From Candidatus Saccharimonadales bacterium (GTDB taxonomy: Bacteria > Patescibacteriota > Saccharimonadia > Saccharimonadales > JACDFO01), in contig JBBSLJ010000002.1 in the NCBI GenBank assembly GCA_038255465.1, forward strand, positions 302-64,301: a DNA stretch of 64,000 nt, written 5' to 3'. Position numbers and translations under genes: made by a program. Shown here one piece after another: positions 1 through 8,556 of this stretch; positions within the stretch are counted from its first letter, which is position 1, and the number at the start of each line of letters is the position of its first letter. The notes beneath the pieces are model-generated. The model saw nothing but the letters and a program-made list of their open reading frames with translations, ran no database searches and was not told the origin of the DNA.

Positions 1-741
1 GGGTTTGAAGGGCCTGACTGGGGTGCTGCCTGATGGTCGTCCACTGCTAATGTCCAGCCCGGTGTGTACCGGCTGATAAGGCCAGTGCGGTACACCGAAC
101 CTGGTGGTTATTGTTCCATTAATTGGCCACGCCGCTTCAGTATCAGGCAGCGTCTGGCTAGCTGTTTCTACAGGAGCATGTGCAGCTTGCAACTCTGTTA
201 TATGTGAGTCAATTATCACTACTGGAGCGTGGTCAGACGGTCTTGCAACCGCGCTCACTACAGACGTATTAGACACATATCCTAGTATATTGCCAGGAGT
301 ACGAATTACGAATATCAAACCACTGACCGCGGTGTGAGCAGTGAATGCTATGCCACGACCCACGCCGATAGCTACGAAGGTCACTCCACCACCAACGGCA
401 CGCGCCACACGCTTGCTGCCGTGGACGACAAAATTTGGGCTATTGGCGACAGCCACTGTGGTAGAATGCAGACTGTTGTACACCGTGTGTTCTATCGAAC
501 CTATACCCCGCCCTACCTCATCCATCAAATCCAACATTCCACCAGTAACTATATTAGGGCCTTCATAGCTGCTCGAAAGGCCGACATAAGGAGCGGTATT
601 ATTTGCTTGCTGTGAACTGTTTGCACCCGCGGTGCCTATAGCAGCCCACAAAAGCAGGCACAGAAATAGACCGGCACTAATCACTATGCCAGCGAAAATA
701 AACCGCCATTTAAATAAAAAGATAATTACAGGCTCATTCAT
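1..741 (-). CDS. M23/LytM-family metallopeptidase, C-terminal part cut off by the window edge
   Basis: My own minus-strand translation from the ATG at 741 gives MNEPVIIFLFKWRF... It has an N-terminal TM helix, then ...WPINGTITTRFGVPHWPYQPVHTGLDISSG, which is the WPxxGxIT..FG / HxGxD core of M23 peptidases. The frame stays open to base 1, so it is absent from the ORF track. The plus-strand ORFs at 104-615 are antisense shadows. Confidence 0.8.
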   Translation of the reverse strand, partial: MNEPVIIFLFKWRFIFAGIVISAGLFLCLLLWAAIGTAGANSSQQANNTAPYVGLSSSYEGPNIVTGGMLDLMDEVGRGIGSIEHTVYNSLHSTTVAVANSPNFVVHGSKRVARAVGGGVTFVAIGVGRGIAFTAHTAVSGLIFVIRTPGNILGYVSNTSVVSAVARPSDHAPVVIIDSHITELQAAHAPVETASQTLPDTEAAWPINGTITTRFGVPHWPYQPVHTGLDISSGRPSGSTPVRPFKP

Positions 742-939
742 AACACGCCCTTCTACCACCCACCTTTTGCCCTTGTTTTATACCCTATTTTTGCGTAAAT
801 AGCTAGTGTAATCCCTCATACCGATTACGCTTGCCGAATTAAACGCGGCTTGGTCACTTCTTAAGCGGTCCAAATAAACTTCCAAAAATAAGGGGCATAA
901 TCTTTATATGAAACACCGTTTTAAACGGGAAAAACCAGT

Positions 940-1419
940 CTAATTTACGGACATGCTGTTAAAGTGCTGAATTAATTCTAGGAGTTCAGATTTTTCTACA
1001 GGTTTTAGAGTTAGGTCATATTTCACTACAAAAGGCTTGATTGCGATACCACCGCGGACATTAAAATTACCGAAAACGCGGATTAAACGCGGATTCAACA
1101 CCTCGGATATATCATTTGCGATCTGGTTGACACAATCTTCATGAAATGACCCGTGATTACGATAACTCCCTAGATAGAGTTTTAGACTCTTGCTCTCTAC
1201 GCATAATTTATTGGGGATATAAGCAATATGAATCGTGCCGAAATCAGGCTGCCCAGTCATAGGACAAACGCTAGTAAACTCCATGCACTCCAAACCCACA
1301 ACATGTAAATTCTCCGGATGCTGGTTATCAAATATCTCGAGTATGTCTTTGCTAGGCTCATCGAATTTTAAGTGAGAAGTTTTAGCGCCCAATAACGATA
1401 GCTTCGAAGTATCGCTCAT
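940..1419 (-). CDS. queF: NADPH-dependent 7-cyano-7-deazaguanine (preQ0) reductase
   Basis: EFTSVCPMTGQPDFGTIHIAY matches the QueF catalytic-Cys motif. The 159-aa size fits the unimodular type. It sits 4 nt downstream of yhhQ. Confidence 0.9.
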   Translation of the reverse strand: MSDTSKLSLLGAKTSHLKFDEPSKDILEIFDNQHPENLHVVGLECMEFTSVCPMTGQPDFGTIHIAYIPNKLCVESKSLKLYLGSYRNHGSFHEDCVNQIANDISEVLNPRLIRVFGNFNVRGGIAIKPFVVKYDLTLKPVEKSELLELIQHFNSMSVN

Positions 1420-1423
1420 ATTT

Positions 1424-2143
1424 TTATGTACCGCTCTTACTTATGTCGAAGGGGTTGTAGCTTACCTTTTCATCGAGAACATTAATGCCTTCTTTTCGTT
1501 TAAGAAAGTTCACAACAGCGTATGTGAGTGGGAGAAACAGAATTTCAATACTTAGCTTTATCACATAAGCCGTCACCGCTAAGCGAAAGATAACTGGAGC
1601 AGGTAATGTCCCGATGAACGCGGCGGTAAAAAATACTATCGTGTCAGCTGTCTGGCCAATAAACGACGAACCTATTGCGCGGGCCCAAAAACGACGACCT
1701 TGCATGCGCACCTTCAAACGCGAAAGTACATAAGCATTTACAAACTCACCTACAACGTAAGCTGCTAGACTGGCCGCCACGATGCGAGGGACAAAACCAA
1801 GAATCGACTCATAAGCTTGCTGGTTCGGCCAAAAAGGTGCTGCTGGTAGGTACTGGACAAGTAACAATGACAAGGACAAAAACGTAAGCGCTAAAAACCC
1901 GGTCCAGATAACTCGACGCGTTTTTGCGTATCCATAAACTTCCGCAAAGATATCCCCGAATATATACGCCAACGGAAACAATACGGCTCCACCGACAAAA
2001 GTGGCTGGACCAATAGTGATAAGTTTAGTCGAAACAATATTGGAAGTAATCAGAACCGCCACGAATAGTGCCAAGAGCACTTCAAAATATTTGAACTCAG
2101 TGGTGGCGGAAGATGATACTTTTGTCTTTACAGTTGACATCAA
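1424..2143 (-). CDS. yhhQ: queuosine precursor transporter (YhhQ/DUF165, VUT family)
   Basis: Polytopic membrane protein. FPLAYIFGDIFAEVYGYAKTRRVIW is typical of YhhQ, and it forms an operon with queF. Confidence 0.85.
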   Translation of the reverse strand: MMSTVKTKVSSSATTEFKYFEVLLALFVAVLITSNIVSTKLITIGPATFVGGAVLFPLAYIFGDIFAEVYGYAKTRRVIWTGFLALTFLSLSLLLVQYLPAAPFWPNQQAYESILGFVPRIVAASLAAYVVGEFVNAYVLSRLKVRMQGRRFWARAIGSSFIGQTADTIVFFTAAFIGTLPAPVIFRLAVTAYVIKLSIEILFLPLTYAVVNFLKRKEGINVLDEKVSYNPFDISKSGT

Positions 2144-2286
2144 CGTTTGATTATAGCAAGCAATCGGTAAGGTTCATAACCGATGGTAAAATTGCCGTGC
2201 GTTTTAACAACGAATGTAGGACTTAAGAATGCTGGTGGAGTACATGTACCAGCCTGGAGCAAGAAGTTAGTGGTTAGTTTATACGA

Positions 2287-2847
2287 TTAATTTATATTTT
2301 GCTTGGTGAAAGTCTGGCCGCTTTCCAGTGTCGCGGTTAGAGTATACTGCACGCAATTCTTGGTGGCATTATTGCAGGTGCTTTTATCGGGTGCTGAAAC
2401 ATCATAAGCATATACATTTACACTTGGCCTGGGATCTAAAATGGACTTGGTACCCTTGGGATCTTTTAATGCATTTTCATCTAAGCCCTTCATGTTTGCT
2501 GCGCGCCAAGCGGAGTCATTTAAATCGGTCAACGTAGGATACTTGCCATACTGGGCGTAGTAGGCTTCTACTTGCCCATGGATAGCTTTAATATCTGTTT
2601 GCCTTTCGGTGTCGCGGGCAGCTGAATCCGCGGCGTCTAACTCACCATTTATTGAGTGTGACAACGATTCATCTTTCTTAAGTTCCGTAATCTGATTTTG
2701 GAGATCGCTTACTTGAGCGTTTAAGTTGTTTACTTTGTTTTGATGATAAAACCAAGCCCCTATTGCTACTAGGATCAAGAGAAGAATTATAACTATAAGG
2801 CGCATCAAGGCTGAACCTAACTTACCAAAAAAAGATTGCTTCTCCAC
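2287..2847 (-). CDS. membrane-anchored paralog of the type IV pilin globular domain, lacking a prepilin leader
   Basis: The C-terminal ~110 aa (ERQTDIKAIHGQVEAYYAQYGKYPTLTDLND...CVQYTLTATLESGQTFTKQNIN) are colinear with the head domain of the pilin at 56795..57244. The N-terminus is a plain TM anchor plus coiled coil, with no G/FTxxE motif. Confidence 0.7.
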   Translation of the reverse strand: MEKQSFFGKLGSALMRLIVIILLLILVAIGAWFYHQNKVNNLNAQVSDLQNQITELKKDESLSHSINGELDAADSAARDTERQTDIKAIHGQVEAYYAQYGKYPTLTDLNDSAWRAANMKGLDENALKDPKGTKSILDPRPSVNVYAYDVSAPDKSTCNNATKNCVQYTLTATLESGQTFTKQNIN

Positions 2848-2922
2848 GTTGTTCTCCTCTTATTACTATTGTTAATACTACAGTAACGTGAGGTTAATGA
2901 CTATTAGGGTTTCAGGAACCGC

Positions 2923-3207
2923 TTAGGGTCTTGTTGCTTGGACTATCGACGCTACCATAACAAGCACACCCAAGAATCGTCTGAAATAACTGGTGCCGCC
3001 TGTAATTTCTAAATAAGCCCAAGTAAACAGGAACGCCGTACTTAGATTTTCTGACCAGTTTTTAATGCTTGGTGAGCTTAGTATAATTGAGAAAACTTTA
3101 AAAAGCATCCAGCCAATCAAAGGAACGTTAGGCCACTGCCACACCGCTAATTTTCCATTTGAGTCCTTAAAAAAACCCATGACTCGATTACTGTTAAAAT
3201 TTTTCAT
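2923..3207 (-). CDS. small integral membrane protein, function unknown
   Basis: 94-aa ORF with 2-3 hydrophobic helices. No recognisable motif. Confidence 0.4.
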   Translation of the reverse strand: MKNFNSNRVMGFFKDSNGKLAVWQWPNVPLIGWMLFKVFSIILSSPSIKNWSENLSTAFLFTWAYLEITGGTSYFRRFLGVLVMVASIVQATRP

Positions 3208-3314
3208 GACAGAACAGTAGCATAAATATTATGTGTTCTACTGCAAGATACCTAACGCAAGTAAAGCAAAAGGTTGCTTATAATTATGAGGTTGGTTTGA
3301 CCCTATAGAAATGT

Positions 3315-3878
3315 CTAATGGAACTGCTGCTTGGAACTATTTTTAGCATCTAGTAATTCGTGCATAAGTGTATCGTAACCTTTATAGACCCTATCCTCAT
3401 CAACTACACCAAATTGCATCAAAAAATTCCAAAGATTTTTTTGTATTTCATCTCCATCTACATCATCGTTAGTAAGTTGCTCAACTTCGATAAATATACC
3501 GAGACCGTCAACTTCGTCAATGCAAATTTCCAGCTGATTATATTTTGCAATTTGTCTCGTCTTTTTGATAGGGACTCCATGGGCATAGCCTAATCTTTCA
3601 AGCATATGAGCGATTTCATTTGCATCTTCAATTTTCGACTCCCGCTCATAATTATCTCGTGAGTTTGATGATGCTTTATATTTCATTGTTAAGATTGTTG
3701 CATCATTCTGTCTACGAATCCGAAATATATTCCACGATGGGTCATCTTTGGGCATAGCAGTTTCGTATGTAATGTCGTCCTGTACAATAGGCTCCCTGAA
3801 AGCGATTCCAAGCACTGCCGCTTTTTCAAATAACTTTTTCTTATCACGGATTTTGGCCTTAACTTCAATTTCTCTCAT
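3315..3878 (-). CDS. CYTH-domain protein (CyaB-like class IV adenylate cyclase / triphosphate tunnel metalloenzyme family)
   Basis: It has the N-terminal EIEVKAKI signature (ExExK) and the alternating charged beta-strand pattern typical of CYTH. Confidence 0.75.
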   Translation of the reverse strand: MREIEVKAKIRDKKKLFEKAAVLGIAFREPIVQDDITYETAMPKDDPSWNIFRIRRQNDATILTMKYKASSNSRDNYERESKIEDANEIAHMLERLGYAHGVPIKKTRQIAKYNQLEICIDEVDGLGIFIEVEQLTNDDVDGDEIQKNLWNFLMQFGVVDEDRVYKGYDTLMHELLDAKNSSKQQFH

Positions 3879-3994
3879 AAAAGTAGTATATCAAAATTAA
3901 GAACTTATACCTGTAATACCGAATGGATGAAAATTTCTGCATTTCACGAACGGTTAACCATAATAAATTCTTAAAATTAGCTGAATTATTCGAA

Positions 3995-4258
3995 TTAATG
4001 TAAGCCGAATTTAGACTCTACCTGCTCTTTGTTTATACCATTGATGACATTAGTATAGCCTAAACCGCTTAGAATATTTATGGCTACAGCACTTCGACTG
4101 CCGCTTCTACAGTAAACAATGATAGTACTGTCTTTAGCTATATCGCTTAATTTGGACGCACCTTTTATGAGCTGATCTGGAGGGATATTGCGAGCCCCTT
4201 TTATGTGGCCGCCTTGATATTCGCTTGGTTCTCGTACATCAATAATTGTGTAGTGCAT
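3995..4258 (-). CDS. single-domain rhodanese-like sulfurtransferase
   Basis: It has the active-site loop CRSGSRS and the size of a stand-alone rhodanese. A TATAAT box (4266-4271) lies 7 nt upstream of the ATG, which suggests a leaderless transcript. Confidence 0.85.
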   Translation of the reverse strand: MHYTIIDVREPSEYQGGHIKGARNIPPDQLIKGASKLSDIAKDSTIIVYCRSGSRSAVAINILSGLGYTNVINGINKEQVESKFGLH

Positions 4259-4372
4259 TACATTTATTATAACGGAGCTGGAGGGACATGGTGCTCGCCA
4301 GATTAAATAGGGTAATCATGCCTATTAGTTAGTAGTAGCCATGAATTATTTCAAAAACAATCTAATCCAGAC

Positions 4373-4933
4373 CTAATCTTTGAACGTAAGAGAATCGTAG
4401 ATACTAATAAATGTTTCATGTTCAAAGAAGCTTACGCCTCTCTCGCTTCTTACTATTTTATTCGTTTCATTATTTATTAAAAACCAGGCGGGTACTAAAA
4501 AGAAGTTACCATCTAACTTTTTTTGGTTGTAACCAAGCTTTCGTACTGACTCTAGCCATGGAGGTAGGTGATATATAAAGCCGAATACTGCCAGTTTTGA
4601 TATCTTAACGCCGTACTGCTTATAAAGTTTCATCTCATGATCTGGAATAATTGGGAAGGGTGGTTTAGGCTCATGTCTGTCGTATATGTTGTCAACAATA
4701 TTTTTACGGTTTGATTGTACGATAACTATAACGTGACATTTCTCGTCAGTTAATCGTTTATACTCTAGCGTCAATCGATGTATCGCCAAGTTACACCATG
4801 GACAACCTGAATATCTAAGAAAAACTAATAATGTATACCCGCTACGGTGACTTGCCAGATCAACGGGTGAGCCGAATACATCAATAGCTTTAAAATTGGG
4901 CGCCTTTTGTTCGACGATAACCTTCCCTTTCAT
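4373..4933 (-). CDS. thioredoxin-fold redoxin (AhpC/TSA-like)
   Basis: It has a redox-type motif (SGCPWCN) in a peroxiredoxin-like N-terminal context (KAPNFKAIDVFG...TLLVFLRYSGCPWC). Confidence 0.6.
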   Translation of the reverse strand: MKGKVIVEQKAPNFKAIDVFGSPVDLASHRSGYTLLVFLRYSGCPWCNLAIHRLTLEYKRLTDEKCHVIVIVQSNRKNIVDNIYDRHEPKPPFPIIPDHEMKLYKQYGVKISKLAVFGFIYHLPPWLESVRKLGYNQKKLDGNFFLVPAWFLINNETNKIVRSERGVSFFEHETFISIYDSLTFKD

Positions 4934-5010
4934 ATCTGAAGTATGGCTTTGCTTTTGTTTTAAATCAAGCGGATAAAACTTAAAAAAGAAATGTTTAAGT
5001 ATAAGCGTAC

Positions 5011-5056
5011 TGGAGGGCCAGCGGGGACTTGACCTACCTTCGGCCGGCCCGCAACT
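5011..5056 (-). repeat. tRNA-Lys 3'-end-derived repeat (22-nt identity to the tRNA 3' end, plus a shared extension)
   Basis: The first 22 nt, tggagggccagcggggacttga, are identical to 8421-8442, the antisense of the T-arm and acceptor end of tRNA-Lys. The following cctacctt.ggc.ggcccg.aact is shared with the copy at 8224. Confidence 0.7.
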
Positions 5057-5156
5057 TCACAATTGCAAGCAGGATTACATCGGAAGGTTGCCTTGCCTAT
5101 TTTTCTAAGAGGATGTCTTTATGCGTATAGAGAACTTTAATTATAAATTTCTGGGT

Positions 5157-5411
5157 CTAGTCGTTGCGAGTGATTCTGATTAATTCTTCTTTGCGGGCGC
5201 TTATAGCCATCCCGAGCATAACAGCACCAAGCAATACTAATATTCCACCTATCCAAAGAGCAGTATTACTTGTCTTATTTCCAAGCCCGTAACCAAGGAT
5301 TATACCTATGCCTATTAAGCCAGCCCCAGCTGCAACCCATGTATATATGTTTTTTCTTGTCATAATGGTGTACTCAATGAAGATTATTAGCTTTTGCAAG
5401 TCAGTTGTCAA
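5157..5411 (-). CDS. small membrane protein, function unknown
   Basis: It has two predicted TM helices (WVAAGAGLIGIGIILGYGL, LWIGGILVLLGAVMLGMAI). The true start may be the internal ATG at 5363. Confidence 0.45.
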   Translation of the reverse strand: MTTDLQKLIIFIEYTIMTRKNIYTWVAAGAGLIGIGIILGYGLGNKTSNTALWIGGILVLLGAVMLGMAISARKEELIRITRND

Positions 5412-5429
5412 GCTGCGAAATATAGCGAC

Positions 5430-5891
5430 TTAATCTAATACAATACCTTCGTTTTTATATTCGTATACTTTAAGATTTTTTTCCAAAGGTTTATAATATT
5501 TACCGATTTTATCGCCCAAAAATCGTACAAAGCGATTGCCGTGCATGCGGTCAACTCCAGCTATCATTAACGATTGATCGACTGAAGCTAGAGTAATTCT
5601 CATAAAAACGCCCTCCTTTTGAAACAAAACTGACGCAATCGAGCTGTAGCTCATTATTATGACGGTTGAATTTATAAATTTTTTGTTACAAAACACAACT
5701 CGCTTATTTGTAGCCACAAGTACGGCTTCAGTGCCTTCGTGTATGCATAATATGAGACGAAGCACGACCTCACCTTTGTCGAGAATCGTACGTAATTTAG
5801 CAATGTCTTCGGACTCTTCTAATACCTCTATTTCATCTTCTTCTCTGAAGTTAGAGGGTATATCTAATACCAGATCAGTGTCTTTTTGCAT
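5430..5891 (-). CDS. hypothetical protein, possible bacterial PH-like domain
   Basis: It has an acidic N-terminus followed by a VLVATNKRVVFCNKKF...SVLFQKEG pattern that resembles bPH/YokE-like folds. The similarity is weak. Confidence 0.35.
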   Translation of the reverse strand: MQKDTDLVLDIPSNFREEDEIEVLEESEDIAKLRTILDKGEVVLRLILCIHEGTEAVLVATNKRVVFCNKKFINSTVIIMSYSSIASVLFQKEGVFMRITLASVDQSLMIAGVDRMHGNRFVRFLGDKIGKYYKPLEKNLKVYEYKNEGIVLD

Positions 5892-5971
5892 GTCTTAATG
5901 ATATCAAACTAAGGGCAATAACTTATTATCGTTTAATTTGAATCTCGTTTTTTCATTTCAGCATAAGCGTA

Positions 5972-6001
5972 TTGGGGGCCATAGTAGCCGTTATCGCAAC
6001 T
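5972..6001 (-). repeat. weak member of the tRNA-Lys-end repeat family
   Basis: ttgggggccatagtagccgttatcgcaact. It shares its left flank (ataagcgta.tgg.gggcc) with the 5011 copy and tatcgcaact with the 7525 copy. Confidence 0.4.
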
Positions 6002-6120
6002 AAAATTCGAGAGAGTGCATTGGTTCTTATTTTACCAATATGCCAATAACCATCACGAAGGTCGCCATAGCTAACGGAATATATCAGTTATGAGTGATCT
6101 AGTATTGTGTTCATCATACA

Positions 6121-6172
6121 AACAAAACTCACCCAACTTAAGTCGCAAATGACTTTCAGATTGGGTGAGTTT
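6121..6172 (-). terminator. rho-independent terminator downstream of 6219..7262
   Basis: A 12-bp stem (aaactcacccaa / ttgggtgagttt) is followed by a T-run on the minus strand. Confidence 0.7.
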
Positions 6173-6218
6173 GTCCAAGCCGTGTTATTCAGAAACCACC
6201 AGCTCAGGGTTTAGTTAA

Positions 6219-7262
6219 TTAATGGCTATTTACTGAGTTTTCAATACTGACACCAGCATCGATATCCCTATTGTTATCTGCATCACCACTAGAACTATCT
6301 CCGACTTCAGTGTTTCTATTTGACGAGACATCACCTGATCGAGCATCCTGCTCATTCGTAATGTCTATATCAACATCATTTCGATTAGTAATCGTAACTT
6401 CAGAATTACGACGAATCATTATCGAGTTGTCCGATCCTGAACCGTTGCCGTTACTAATTGAAGCACCGTCATTGGTTGCGTTAGAATTTTGGCGATCTAA
6501 ACGACTTTGCTCACGCTCATTTTGGCGCATTTGTTTAGCTTGTTCCCGCTCTTCACGACGTTGCTCACGCTCGTCTTGACGCGCTTGTTGATCTCGCGCT
6601 TGTTCCCGCTGTCTCTCTGCACGATCAGGTCGCAAATCACCACAGGCACTCGGTGCTGTACCTTCAAATGGCAAGCTCATGTCAAGTGTACTTCTCTTCT
6701 CACCATCATAGGCATTCTTGTCCCCAAACAAGTCTGAAATACCATGCTGGACGACAACACCGTTGGCAACATCTGCTGCCGTAATACCAGCAGGCAATGT
6801 AAATGTTCGCTCGTATGTAACTATTCCATCGCTTGAAGCAACTGGAAATCTATCCAAGGCAAGTCCGCTACTTGCGCTAACATCACCCGTCTCTGTCAGC
6901 GAGACTTCCACCGGACCATAAGAAGGCAGGCCTTCCACAGATGAGATGAAACCGTCACCATCAGTGTCGGCACTCGTATTTGGACATTCGCTATTGCCAC
7001 CAATGTGGAAATGTTGAGCGTGTGGTAAATTTTCAGATGCACCTTGCGTTACTAATCGAACCGTCGCCTGATCGCCTTTAACCATCGCATATAAATCTCC
7101 ACTAACTCCCGATCGATTTAATGGTTTGAGTTGTGCCTCATAGGTTGCAACCCCACTGTCGTGATCCGCAAAAACTTGACCTGCTGGTGCTACAACAAGA
7201 CCAAAGCTCATTAGGCCGACTATAAAGACTTTCTTCACACTAATAGTATTCGCTATATTCAT
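6219..7262 (-). CDS. secreted protein with a CHRD-like N-terminal domain, a Glu/Arg/Gln-rich helical repeat and an Asn/Ser/Asp-rich tail
   Basis: It has a signal peptide (VGLMSFGLVVAPAGQVFA), HAQHFHIGGNSECP plus a DTDGDGFIS Ca-binding-like loop, then RAERQREQARDQQARQDEREQRREEREQAKQMRQNEREQ. The CHRD assignment is tentative. Confidence 0.4.
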   Translation of the reverse strand: MNIANTISVKKVFIVGLMSFGLVVAPAGQVFADHDSGVATYEAQLKPLNRSGVSGDLYAMVKGDQATVRLVTQGASENLPHAQHFHIGGNSECPNTSADTDGDGFISSVEGLPSYGPVEVSLTETGDVSASSGLALDRFPVASSDGIVTYERTFTLPAGITAADVANGVVVQHGISDLFGDKNAYDGEKRSTLDMSLPFEGTAPSACGDLRPDRAERQREQARDQQARQDEREQRREEREQAKQMRQNEREQSRLDRQNSNATNDGASISNGNGSGSDNSIMIRRNSEVTITNRNDVDIDITNEQDARSGDVSSNRNTEVGDSSSGDADNNRDIDAGVSIENSVNSH

Positions 7263-7524
7263 AAATTACACTTTCTTTAATTACTTTACTATCAGTCACG
7301 ATGGTTCGTGAGCTGGATTTATAAGTTATCATGGGCATTGCTTTAATTATGTTAGGTATCTAACATAATTATTTTTCAAATGCATACATTGTTTCTTGTA
7401 ACTGATGTGGTTTGAAATAAACATAAGTAATTAACTTGGCTTAATAAACTAAATCCAACGATTCACAAATACCCAAATCATATAATAAAAATAGCCCTAT
7501 CTTTTCAGACAGAGCTATTTTTAT

Positions 7525-7554
7525 TGGAGGGCCTTAGTCCTGTCTATCGCAACT
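7525..7554 (-). repeat. weak member of the tRNA-Lys-end repeat family
   Basis: tggagggccttagtcctgtctatcgcaact sits next to a strong bidirectional hairpin (aaaatagc...gctatttt) between two minus-strand genes. Confidence 0.4.
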
Positions 7555-7574
7555 GAACTACACATCAAGCAAAC

Positions 7575-8165
7575 TTACATATCTACAGTAATATAATCCT
7601 CGTCACCCATTTCTCTGACTTGATGGTGTGTAGTGGATCTATAATTTTCTAGTATCTTTTTATGTACATCATCAGCGTAATGCGGGAATACCTCAAAGTC
7701 AAAGATCCCCAAGCCAGTTAAGTCGGTAATACCAACTAGATTCTTGTCGAAGTTCGGTAAATTGCAGATAGCAATAGTGGGTGTTAGTACGAGCGCTCCA
7801 GCGCTAAAGCCTGAAAGAATAAAGTTAGACTTCTGAGTAAACTCTATAATGGTTTGATCTAGGCCCGACTTACGCAGGTTGTTCAGTAATGCAAATGCGT
7901 TACCCCCGCTTATTAAAAGTATATTTGAGTCCAAGAGCTTAGTTCTTTCTGTCTCATCGGAAGAGTGGTTATCCACTACATTAAAGCCAGCACCGAATCT
8001 TTGGGCGCAGCTTCGCCATTCCTCGATATATGTCGCCGAGTTGGCGACACCATCACTGGGCATGTATGCCAAAACTTTATCTTTAATTTCGTCATTGAAG
8101 ATTTGAGATAAAATCATCTGCGAATTAGTGTCTGTGATCGTAGAAAATAGAACAGCTCGCTTCAT
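7575..8165 (-). CDS. peptidase S51 family (dipeptidase E-like)
   Basis: LLISGGNAFALLNNLRKSGLD and SGFSAGALV (nucleophile elbow) are typical of S51. The track start (TTG at 8195) lies inside a terminator hairpin, so I prefer the ATG at 8165 (MKRAVLF). Confidence 0.75.
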   Translation of the reverse strand: MKRAVLFSTITDTNSQMILSQIFNDEIKDKVLAYMPSDGVANSATYIEEWRSCAQRFGAGFNVVDNHSSDETERTKLLDSNILLISGGNAFALLNNLRKSGLDQTIIEFTQKSNFILSGFSAGALVLTPTIAICNLPNFDKNLVGITDLTGLGIFDFEVFPHYADDVHKKILENYRSTTHHQVREMGDEDYITVDM

Positions 8166-8223
8166 AGACTTAATAGTAACAAAAAACAGAGACAATTGTC
8201 TCTGTTTTGATTTGATCCTAGAC

Positions 8224-8384
8224 TGGAGGGCCAGCGGGTCCTTGCCCTACCTTTGGCAGGCCCGAAACTATCGTCTTCGAAACAGGTTTTGAAGAGTAGA
8301 TTTCCTTGAGAAATGCCTCCTGGGCATTTCTCAACCGGACACCCTTTTGGCGTGTCCGGGATTCAAGTCTCACACACCAAGCCA
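8224..8384 (-). pseudogene. degenerate copy of the tRNA-Lys 3' half, interrupted by a hairpin-rich insertion of about 95 nt
   Basis: On the minus strand, AGGGTGTCCGG is identical to the tRNA variable/T-stem region. An insertion follows (TTGAGAAATGCC-CAGGA-GGCATTTCTCAA and other hairpins), then GGCAAGGACCCGCTGGCCCTCCA. An inverted copy of the GTGTCCGG segment lies upstream. A hairpin plus T-run follows at 8183-8210. Confidence 0.6.
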
Positions 8385-8385
8385 A

Positions 8386-8420
8386 ATGAAAAACCCCACG
8401 GCGAGGTGGGATTCTTCATT
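8386..8420 (-). terminator. rho-independent terminator after tRNA-Lys
   Basis: On the minus strand, CCCAC-CTCGCC-GTGGG is followed by GTTTTTCATTT, with extended flanking pairing. Confidence 0.65.
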
Positions 8421-8497
8421 TGGAGGGCCAGCGGGGACTTGAACCCCGGACACCCTGCTTAAGAGGCAGGTGCTCTAACCAGCTGAGCTACTGGCCC
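8421..8497 (-). tRNA. tRNA-Lys (anticodon CTT), CCA encoded
   Basis: Manual cloverleaf: acceptor GGGCCAG/CTGGCCC, D arm GCTC-AGCTGGTTA-GAGC, anticodon arm CCTGC-CTCTTAA-GCAGG, T arm CGGGG-TTCAAGT-CCCCG, discriminator T, then CCA. Confidence 0.9.
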
Positions 8498-8556
8498 GCA
8501 TAGAGTAAACTGAAGATAAGGTACGACGACTTGTTAAAGCCATGTGGTTTGCTGGC

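Noticed and set aside
2144-2286. A preQ1 riboswitch upstream of yhhQ-queF.
   Set aside because: There is only a 6-bp hairpin (ATCGGT/ACCGAT), and it overlaps the putative promoter. There is no A-rich tail or pseudoknot pattern, and no terminator or SD-sequestering element.
4278-8232. The plus-strand CTGGAGGG motifs as Shine-Dalgarno sites for small plus-strand genes.
   Set aside because: Downstream plus-strand frames are under 35 codons, start with rare codons and have no conserved features. The motif is the antisense of the tRNA-Lys 3' end, which explains it more simply.
8224-8384. A tmRNA (ssrA) or other CCA-ending functional tRNA-like RNA.
   Set aside because: There is no G3-U70 alanine identity pair, no GGGG…GGATTCGAC 5' domain, no tag reading frame and a degenerate T arm. 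It is better explained as a decayed tRNA-Lys 3'-half copy.
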